NCBI GenBank assembly: GCA_043228905.1 | Contig: JBHGNT010000026.1 | Coordinates: 1 to 64,000 of the forward strand | Source: Azolla caroliniana | Taxonomy: Eukaryota; Plantae; Polypodiophyta | Reading direction: 5' to 3' | Length of the DNA stretch: 64,000 nt | Shown: positions 62,601 to 64,000 of the stretch, piece after piece | Position numbering within the stretch: the stretch's first letter is position 1 | Layout of the letters: every line of letters starts with the position of its first letter | The notes under the pieces: model-generated | Databases searched by the model: none | What the model was told of the DNA's origin: nothing | What the model saw: only the letters and a program-made list of their open reading frames with translations | Made by a program: the position numbers and the translations under genes

Positions 62601-64000
62601 GTTGAGAGGAGCCCTTGAGTAAATTAAAATGTTCATACATAGCGAGTGTGATATCGGATTTTTGTGTACAAACATGCGAATCGAAGCTAACAACGCTAGC
62701 TATGATATGGAATTAAAAAATCAAGATTTTGAAACTAAGGTCGAGAGACATGACGAAATTACCAAATTTGAGGAGGGAGTTGAGAGGGGCCCTTGAGTAA
62801 ATTAAAATGTTCATACCTAGCGAGTGTGATATCGGAATTTTGTGTTCAAACATGCGAATCAAACCTAACAACGCTAGCTATGATCTAGAATTAAAAAAGC
62901 AAGATTTTGAAACTCAGGTCGAGAGTCATGACGGAATTAGCAAATTTGAGGAGTGAGTTGAGAGGAGCCCTTGAGTAAATTAAAATGGTCATACCTAGCG
63001 AGTGTGATATCGGATTTTTGTGTACAAACATGCGAATCGAAGCTAACAACGCTAGCTATCATATGGAATTGAAAAATCAAGATTTTGAAACTCAGGTCGA
63101 GAGACATGACGAAATTAGCAAATTTGAGGAGTGAGTTGAGAGAAGCCCTTGAGTAAATTAAAATGTTCATACCTAGCGAGTGTGATATCGGAATTTTGTG
63201 TACAAACATGCGAATCGAAGCTAACAACGCTAGCTATGATATGGAATTGAAAAATCAAGATTTTGAAACTCAGGTCGAGAGACATGACGAAATTAGCAAA
63301 TTTGAGGAGTGAGTTGAGAGGAGCCCTTGAGTAAATAAAAATGTTCATACCTAGCTCGTGTGATATCGGATTTTTGTGTACAAACATGCGAATCGAAGCT
63401 AACAACGCTAGCTATGACATGGAATTAAAAAATCAAGATTTTGAAACTAAGGTCGAGAGACATGACGAAATTACCAAATTTGAGGAGGGAGTTGAGAGGA
63501 GCCCTTGAGTAAATAAAAATGTTCATACCTAGCTCGTGTGATATCGGAATTTTGTGTTCAAACATGCGAATCAAACCTAACAACGCTAGCTATGATCTAG
63601 AATTAAAAAAGCAAGATTTTGAAACTCAGGTCGAGAGTCATGACGGAATTAGCAAATTTGAGGAGTGAGTTGAGAGGAGCCCTTGAGTAAATTAAAATGG
63701 TCATACCTAGCGAGTGTGATATCGGATTTTTGTGTACAAACATGCGAATCGAAGCTAACAACGCTAGCTATCATATGGAATTGAAAAATCAAGATTTTGA
63801 AACTCAGGTCGAGAGACATGACGAATTTAGCAAATTTGAGGAGTGAGTTGAGAGGAGCCCTTGAGTAAATAAAAATGTTCATACCTAGCTCGTGTGATAT
63901 CGAAGCTAACAACGCTAGCTATCATATGGAATTGAAAAATCAAGATTTTGAAACTCAGGTCGAGAGACATGACGAAATTAGCAAATTTGAGGAGTGAGTT
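32662..64000 (+). repeat. Satellite subfamily C main array (about 176 x 178 bp, homogeneous, higher-order repeats); candidate centromeric satellite
   Basis: Consensus AGAGACATGACGAAATTAGCAAATTTGAGGAGTGAGTTGAGAGGAGCCCTTGAGTAAATTAAAATGTTCATACCTAGCGAGTGTGATATCGGATTTTTGTGTACAAACATGCGAATCGAAGCTAACAACGCTAGCTATGATATGGAATTGAAAAATCAAGATTTTGAAACTCAGGTCG (178 bp). Marker ORFs at 33567 and 63649 are 30082 = 169 x 178 apart. The centromeric role is inference only. Confidence 0.95.

Larger units (their letters stand above)
7541..64000 (+). repeat. Tandem satellite array, 178-189 bp monomer, about 310 copies in one orientation; continues beyond the window
   Basis: Shared boxes AAAATGTTCATA, GTGTGATATCGGATTTTTG, AAACATGCGAATCGAAG, TATGATATGGAATT and ATTTTGAAACTCAGG.CGAGAGACATGA recur throughout. 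Repeat-derived ORFs recur at 178-bp multiples. Confidence 0.98.

Noticed and set aside
7914-63912. About 120 short ORFs of 60-117 aa (MKMFIDGSCDIG..., MLASIRMFVHK...) resembling a tandem gene family
   Set aside because: They are translations of the satellite. The period 178 is not a multiple of 3, the ORFs overlap on both strands, many use non-ATG starts, and stops appear and vanish with single monomer variants.
7541-64000. CRISPR-like or repeat-spacer array
   Set aside because: The whole monomer is repeated, there are no unique spacers or cas genes, and the context is eukaryotic.
32662-64000. Identity with Arabidopsis CEN178/CEN180 or primate alpha satellite
   Set aside because: Only the length is similar. 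I see none of the CEN178 sequence I recall and no CENP-B box. A BLAST search is needed to exclude other known satellites.
32662-64000. 5S rDNA, tRNA or snRNA tandem array
   Set aside because: No recognisable 5S, tRNA or snRNA sequence or Pol III box arrangement in the monomer.
32662-64000. Dyad symmetries in the monomer (CAAATTTG, GCTAGC, TAGCTA, GATATC, TGTACA) as non-B DNA signals
   Set aside because: All are 6-8 bp and may be expected by chance. Enrichment cannot be judged without a shuffling or folding test.

Overview
Eukaryotic, very probably land-plant, DNA spanning the edge of a large tandem satellite array. Bases 1-7540 are AT-rich low-copy sequence. They contain microsatellites, short tandem duplications, a degenerate plant telomere-type tract, one credible 246-aa ORF with repeated SAXO/MAP6-like Mn motifs (2823-3563), and a two-stop pseudogene (about 5566-7325). 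From about 7541 to the window end the sequence is one unidirectional satellite family in three related subfamilies arranged A-B-C-A-B-C. A has 189/179-bp monomers and is divergent. B has 178-bp monomers, is divergent and contains deletions. C has 178-bp monomers, is highly homogeneous and forms higher-order repeats. The A-B-C repetition comes from a ~12-kb tandem duplication with an in-register C-to-A breakpoint at about 22389-22403. The architecture resembles a layered (peri)centromeric array edge, but centromere function cannot be shown from sequence alone. Almost all ORFs after 7.5 kb are by-products of the repeat. No prokaryotic features (CRISPR, operons, IS elements), rRNA or tRNA were recognised. 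All alignments were done by eye and with ORF-track offsets, so boundaries are approximate.
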